Shown here in pieces: positions 59,032 to 64,000 of a stretch of DNA of 64,000 nt. The position numbers were made by a program, and so were the translations under genes. Position 1 is the stretch's first letter; the number at the start of each line of letters is the position of its first letter. Source of the DNA: an uncultured delta proteobacterium (GTDB taxonomy: Bacteria > Desulfobacterota > Desulfomonilia > UBA1062); contig CAWCTR010000017.1 in the NCBI GenBank assembly GCA_963798485.1, positions 64,001 to 128,000 of the forward strand, in the 5' to 3' direction. Under the pieces are notes generated by a model. It worked only from the letters and a program-made list of their open reading frames with translations. It searched no databases and was not told the DNA's origin.

Positions 59032-60381
59032 ATGAACCTCTTAATTATTGGTGGAAGTGATGCCGGTATAAGTGCAGCTCTCAGAGCAAAAGAGATAGAT
59101 CTAACTGTTGCTGTGACCATAATCGTAGCTGACCGATTCCCGAATTTCAGTATCTGTGGGTTACCGTTCTATGTGAGTGGTGAGACTCCGGACTGGCAGC
59201 AACTGGCCCATAGAACCATTTCAGAAATCGAAGAGAAAGGCATCAGGCTCATGTTGGGTCATTTTGTCGATGCAATTGATCCGGTGAAGCAAATAATCCT
59301 TGTCAAGGACCCTAATGGGAAGAGGCTGTCCATGGAATACGATAAGCTCATGATCGGTACTGGAGCAGTCTCTACTCGGCCCAAAATAAAAGGTATCGAA
59401 CTGCCTGGAGTATTTCTCATGAGATGGATGGAAGACAGTTTTGCTCTAAAACACTATCTTGATGAGAAGAAACCTGCATCAGCAATAGTTATCGGAGGTG
59501 GGTACATCGGCATGGAAATGTCCGATGCATTTACCCATCTTGGAATGAATGTAACAGTGATTGAATATGCTGATACGGTGTTAACTACTATTGATCCTGA
59601 GTTGGGCATAAAGGTCCAGGAGGCTCTTGAAAGGAATGGGGTCAAGGTAGTGACAGGGATGCCGGTAAGCTCGATTGAACGAAACGGGGAACAATTGAAT
59701 GTCCTGGGATCAAATGGGTTTTCTATAAAAGCAGATGTTGTCCTTGTGGCTGCAGGTGCAAGGGCCAATGTTAGTTTGGCTAAATCTGCTGGGGTAGATA
59801 TCGGAGCATTCGGAGCAATACGGGTGAATAACAGGATGGAAACTAATATTTCAAACATCTTTGCTGCAGGTGATTGTGTAGAAACATGGCACCATATCTT
59901 GGGAAGATATGTTTACATGCCTCTGGGCACAACTTCTCATAAGCAGGGTCGGGTAGCAGGAGAAAATGCAGTCAGTGGAAAAGCAGTATTTAAGGGATCA
60001 CTTGGCACTCAGGTTGTAAAGATATTCGATCTGGTGGCTGCTCGTACGGGGTTGAGAGATTCCGAAGCAACAGCAGCAGGATATGATTCACTGACTGTTG
60101 ACTACGAGGCTTGGGACCACAAAGTTTATTATCCTGGGGCTAAGCCTTTGCATATTCGAATCACAGGAGATCGGAATACTCAGAGGCTACTCGGAGTCCA
60201 GATCCTTGGTCATTACGGCACCGAAATATCCAAGAGGGTTGATGTCCTTGCTGCAGCAATCTTCAATGAAATGAAGATGGATGAAATCAGTGATCTCGAT
60301 CTTACGTATACACCACCACTGAGCAGTCCCTGGGACCCAGTGCAGACAGCTGCCCAGGAATGGCTGGAAAAGATATCATAA
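59032..60381 (+). CDS. CoA-disulfide reductase / NADH oxidase family flavoprotein
   Basis: GGSDAG, FSICGLP, GGGYIG.E, AAGD, Y.PP.S..WDP. Confidence 0.9.
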   Translation: MNLLIIGGSDAGISAALRAKEIDLTVAVTIIVADRFPNFSICGLPFYVSGETPDWQQLAHRTISEIEEKGIRLMLGHFVDAIDPVKQIILVKDPNGKRLSMEYDKLMIGTGAVSTRPKIKGIELPGVFLMRWMEDSFALKHYLDEKKPASAIVIGGGYIGMEMSDAFTHLGMNVTVIEYADTVLTTIDPELGIKVQEALERNGVKVVTGMPVSSIERNGEQLNVLGSNGFSIKADVVLVAAGARANVSLAKSAGVDIGAFGAIRVNNRMETNISNIFAAGDCVETWHHILGRYVYMPLGTTSHKQGRVAGENAVSGKAVFKGSLGTQVVKIFDLVAARTGLRDSEATAAGYDSLTVDYEAWDHKVYYPGAKPLHIRITGDRNTQRLLGVQILGHYGTEISKRVDVLAAAIFNEMKMDEISDLDLTYTPPLSSPWDPVQTAAQEWLEKIS

Positions 60382-60656
60382 ACAGATTTGGTACTGTGAT
60401 TCTTTGCGGATATTTACCCAAAATTATAAGCTGGATTAACTATTGATTACTATCAGAACTGTCACTAACCGACTCACTGGCACGAAAAAAGCTATGTCCT
60501 TGCCCTGCAGTGGATGGCGGTCCTGTTCATGCTTGCTGCCACCGTGTTTAATGTGCCTGTCTGTATTCTTCCGGAGAGCACTCGTCGTAAGGCGGATCAT
60601 AGGGTTATTTCTTTCTTTTGATTGAATATCGCATAAATCTGTCTTATTATTTTATT

Positions 60657-60899
60657 ATGAGTCCGACGATCTTTCGGGAGAAAGGATACAGATTCTATTT
60701 TTTATCGAATGAAGAGACTCGAATGCACGTGCATATAACATGCGAGGCCGGAGAAGCAAAATTCTGGATTGAGCCTATTGTGGCATTAGCGATCTACCAT
60801 GGCTTATCTCCAAGACGGCTTAAAGAAATCCAGAAATTAATTGAGGACCATAAAGATGAAATCATTAAAGCGTGGGAAGACCATTTCAGCAAGCGTTGA
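60657..60899 (+). CDS. DUF4160 protein (putative toxin)
   Basis: SPTI...G.RFYF.SNE...HVH, AKFW. Confidence 0.8.
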   Translation: MSPTIFREKGYRFYFLSNEETRMHVHITCEAGEAKFWIEPIVALAIYHGLSPRRLKEIQKLIEDHKDEIIKAWEDHFSKR

Positions 60900-61119
60900 G
60901 AACATTACCCCTTTCGGGATATGGCTCTTTGTGAACGGCAAAGAGTATCTCTTAAGTTATGAAATATATCCTCATTTTAAAGATAAAACCTTGAAATCAA
61001 TCCAGGATGTCCAGCTCATTCATGGACATCATTTGTATTGGCCTGAATTGGATGTTGACCTGGAAATTGATAACCTGGAAAATCCCGAAAAGTATCCTTT
61101 GAAGTCCAAGCTTCATTGA
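60856..61119 (+). CDS. DUF2442 protein (putative antitoxin)
   Basis: LYWPELDVDL motif; overlaps the DUF4160 gene. Confidence 0.8.
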   Translation: MKSLKRGKTISASVENITPFGIWLFVNGKEYLLSYEIYPHFKDKTLKSIQDVQLIHGHHLYWPELDVDLEIDNLENPEKYPLKSKLH

Positions 61120-61302
61120 ATATCGGTAAATGGTGAATCAGGGTCAGAGCGGATTCAAATACCCCAGCCAGTATGGTATGATTCTCTCTTGGTTATTACA
61201 GTTTGTGGAAGAAGAGCTTTTATTCCCTTTGACTCACCACGCGCCACTAATCACTGATATTTCTTCACACATCCCCCTTGCCCTTCGTGTGATCAAAAAG
61301 GT

Positions 61303-61575
61303 ATGTTACCCTGCATGGATTTCCGAAAGACCCATTGTGCTTGGTGCAGGCTCAGGGCCGGTCCTATTGAAGACTGTACGTCATGCCCCAAGTTCCGCAG
61401 GTATAAGTTGAAAAGCGAGCCTCATCTCGCCATGGAATCTCTTTGCAAAACCTGCATCAACCAAAACAACACCGAGCTCGAGGTATTCTGCCGTACGAAC
61501 CGTTTTTTCCAGGAGGATAGCGGAGAGGACTTCGAGTGTTATAGTTTTTGCATCGAGGTCCGTACACATCGATGA
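61303..61575 (+). CDS. Cys-rich hypothetical protein
   Basis: Three CxxC pairs plus extra Cys; AAGG RBS. Confidence 0.5.
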   Translation: MLPCMDFRKTHCAWCRLRAGPIEDCTSCPKFRRYKLKSEPHLAMESLCKTCINQNNTELEVFCRTNRFFQEDSGEDFECYSFCIEVRTHR

Positions 61576-61650
61576 GAATCGACATATGGTATTTATTTTC
61601 CACAACTACCCGAGACAATATATGATAGGATGATATCAAAGGATTCATGC

Positions 61651-62259
61651 ATGTGGTGGAAAAAGAAAAAGCCTGAGGAAAACTTTTTTGAGCTCCTTTA
61701 TGATCAGGGCACCAAGACTTTGGATGGCCTGGATGCCCTGTGCGAGTTCGTTGCGAACAGCACCAAGGTAAAGGCCGAGCACGTAAAAGACATCGAGATG
61801 GAGGCCGATGACCTGAGAAGGATCATCATTGATCACCTCAATCAGACCTTCATCACACCCATTGACAGGGAAGACATCTTTTCATTATCCAGGGCTATTG
61901 ATGACGTAATGGACTATGCCTGTACAACCGTGTATGAGATGCAGATATATAAGGTCCATGTTGACGATCATATCCGCGTCATGACAGAGATCCTTAAGAA
62001 GGAATGCAAGGAATTGAATGCAGCGCTTAAGAATCTTCAGTACTATCCCAACGTCGCCATGGAGCACGCTCGCGAGGCAAAGGCGTGTGAGAACAAGATG
62101 GAAAAGGAGTACCGGACAGCCCTGGGCGACCTCTTCGAGGGTAATGACCCGGTCTACATGCTCAAGATGAGGGAGATCTACCGGCACTTGAGCAATGCCG
62201 CCGATAGAGGAGATGAGGCGGCCAATATCATCAGCGACATCATTGTAAAGATGACTTGA
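61651..62259 (+). CDS. DUF47/PhoU-like phosphate transport regulator
   Basis: E.EAD, TFITPIDREDI..L...IDDV.D. Confidence 0.88.
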   Translation: MWWKKKKPEENFFELLYDQGTKTLDGLDALCEFVANSTKVKAEHVKDIEMEADDLRRIIIDHLNQTFITPIDREDIFSLSRAIDDVMDYACTTVYEMQIYKVHVDDHIRVMTEILKKECKELNAALKNLQYYPNVAMEHAREAKACENKMEKEYRTALGDLFEGNDPVYMLKMREIYRHLSNAADRGDEAANIISDIIVKMT

Positions 62260-62271
62260 TATGGGGGGTGT

Positions 62272-63756
62272 ATGAATCTCTATTCGTGGCTGAAGGCACA
62301 CGCAAAGGCGAGGCCCGCAAAAATTGCCATAAGGTTAAAAGACTCTGAGATCTCCTTTGGAGAGCTTTATAGGCTTACCGACTCCTTTGGGACAGCACTT
62401 CACAGGGCAGGCATAGGCCTCGGTGACCATGTAACCCTTATGCTGCCCAACATGCCTGAGTTTGTCATCACCTACATGGCCGTCATAGGCATCGGCGCCG
62501 TAGTCACCCCGGTGAACCCTTCCTATACCTCACGGGAGCTTAGGCATATTCTGTCCGACTCCGACTCCAAGGCCCTTATCATCGAACATAGCAACGTCGG
62601 TACCTATGAGGCCATTGCCCGGGAATGCCCCCAGGCAAACGTGATCACAACCGGCAAGGAGGGCAATTTTTCCCGGTGGGTATCTGAAAGCGGGAGCGGT
62701 ATAGTCGAAGACAGGGACAGGGATGATGTTGCGGCTATGATCTACTCGTCAGGGCTCACCGGTTATCCCATGGGCGCCATGCTCACCCAGGGAAACCTTG
62801 ATCATAATTCGGACCTTTTGCGGATCTGTATGGATGGCGATGATAGCGACAGCACGTTAACCGTCATTCCCTGTTTCCATTCCTTCAGCGCCAGTGTGAA
62901 TATGCTATCCATGCTCCGCTACGGGGGGACCATCTACCTGATGAAGAAGCTTGATTTCAGAGAGCTGCATCATGCCCTTGCCGCTTGCGGCATCACTGCA
63001 ATCTGCGCGGTCCCCACACTGTTCTACGGCCTTGTTTATCATCCTGATCTTGTTGGTATTGACTACACACGCATGAAGACACTCATCGCCGGGGGATCGG
63101 CCCTGCCCATCGAGGTTTATGATGCCTTCAAACAGGCGTTCCATGCGGATATCCGGCAGGGCTACGGCATTACCGAGGCATCTCCGGTCTGCTCGGTGAA
63201 CCAGAAGCATCTCCCCATTAAGCCTGCCTCCATTGGTACTCCGGTACCCGGCGTTACAGCAAGGGTAGAAGACAATAAGGGAAACACGCTCAAGCCTGGC
63301 GAGGTGGGTGAACTTCTTTTTAAGGGCCCCAATATCATGAAGGGCTACTACAAACAGGAACAGGAGACCAAAAGAATTATAACTGATGGATGGCTCCATA
63401 CCGGAGACCTCGGGTATATGGATGAGGATGGCTTTGTTTACATAACAGGATATATAAAAGATATGGTGATCACCTCAGGGTTCAATGTCTATTCCCGTGA
63501 GGTGGAAAATGTGCTCAATTCCATGCCGGGCATTCGTGATTCAGCCATTATTGGTGAGCCCGACCTCATGAGGGGAGCAATCATCAGGGCCTTTATAGTC
63601 CGCGATGATTTGGCACTGACCGAAGATGAGGTTAAGAAGTTTGCACGCAAGCAGCTTGCGCCCTTCAAGACCCCGAGAAAGGTGGAATTCGTACCCGAGA
63701 TCCCCAGGAATGAGAACGGGAAGGTCCTGATGGATATTCTCAAAGGGTCCTCATGA
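62272..63756 (+). CDS. Long-chain acyl-CoA ligase (AMP-binding)
   Basis: YSSG.TG.P.G, QGYG.TE, GWLHTGD, G.NVY..EVE. Confidence 0.9.
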   Translation: MNLYSWLKAHAKARPAKIAIRLKDSEISFGELYRLTDSFGTALHRAGIGLGDHVTLMLPNMPEFVITYMAVIGIGAVVTPVNPSYTSRELRHILSDSDSKALIIEHSNVGTYEAIARECPQANVITTGKEGNFSRWVSESGSGIVEDRDRDDVAAMIYSSGLTGYPMGAMLTQGNLDHNSDLLRICMDGDDSDSTLTVIPCFHSFSASVNMLSMLRYGGTIYLMKKLDFRELHHALAACGITAICAVPTLFYGLVYHPDLVGIDYTRMKTLIAGGSALPIEVYDAFKQAFHADIRQGYGITEASPVCSVNQKHLPIKPASIGTPVPGVTARVEDNKGNTLKPGEVGELLFKGPNIMKGYYKQEQETKRIITDGWLHTGDLGYMDEDGFVYITGYIKDMVITSGFNVYSREVENVLNSMPGIRDSAIIGEPDLMRGAIIRAFIVRDDLALTEDEVKKFARKQLAPFKTPRKVEFVPEIPRNENGKVLMDILKGSS

Positions 63757-64000
63757 GGGGATGCACGCTGTGCCCCAGGCAGTGCGGGATTGATCGGTCA
63801 GAGGCAAGAGGCGCCTGCAGGGTAGGTGAGGAGATCCTGGTGGGGGCCGTAGTCATCCATAAAGGTGAGGAGCCTCCCCTGGTGGCCGGGGCCGGATCCG
63901 GCGCCATATTCTTCTGCGGCTGCCCCATGAGGTGTGGCTATTGCCAGAACAAACAGATAAGCCAATCCAGTAAGGGCAAGGTCTTCACTCCGGATAAGCT
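63753..64000 (+). CDS. PflX-like radical SAM protein, 5' part (runs off window)
   Basis: MRGCTLCPRQC..H.GEEP..GSGAIFFCGCPMRCGYCQN (CxxxCxxC); ATGA overlap with ligase stop. Confidence 0.85.
   Translation, partial: MRGCTLCPRQCGIDRSEARGACRVGEEILVGAVVIHKGEEPPLVAGAGSGAIFFCGCPMRCGYCQNKQISQSSKGKVFTPDK

Noticed and set aside
381-63928. Numerous antisense and nested ORFs in the supplied track
   Set aside because: They are shadow frames of well-supported genes, without motifs or RBS

Overview
Probable anaerobic deltaproteobacterial (Desulfobacterota/Syntrophales-like) chromosome; the taxon is inferred from gene content only. Housekeeping genes lie on the left (M48 peptidase end, GAF protein, gap, carB). 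On the right are tRNA-Asn, ilvE, a threonine dehydratase, a four-subunit 2-oxoacid:ferredoxin oxidoreductase, GGDEF/PilZ genes, PBP1B, a decayed chromate/arsenic cluster, a DUF4160-DUF2442 pair, DUF47, an acyl-CoA ligase and a radical SAM gene. Between them is an AT-rich ~38 kb accessory region (~5.2-43.9 kb) ending at the 3' side of tRNA-Asn, with no visible integrase. It carries IS4, IS110, IS1182 and IS200 elements and three group II introns: an RT-encoding intron fused head-to-tail to an ORF-less sibling, plus an unrelated ORF-less intron, each with a readable EBS1 matching the 5' exon. It also has a small attC-like cassette array with nuclease genes. The most striking feature is a set of recurring parts: six small ribbon-helix-helix genes, five secreted DUF6160-like proteins, two PAS-only proteins without output domains, a ~385 bp dispersed non-coding repeat, sigma-54 promoters, and long hairpin RNAs closed by an AGGUG helix. 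All calls come from reading the sequence; no searches were run.
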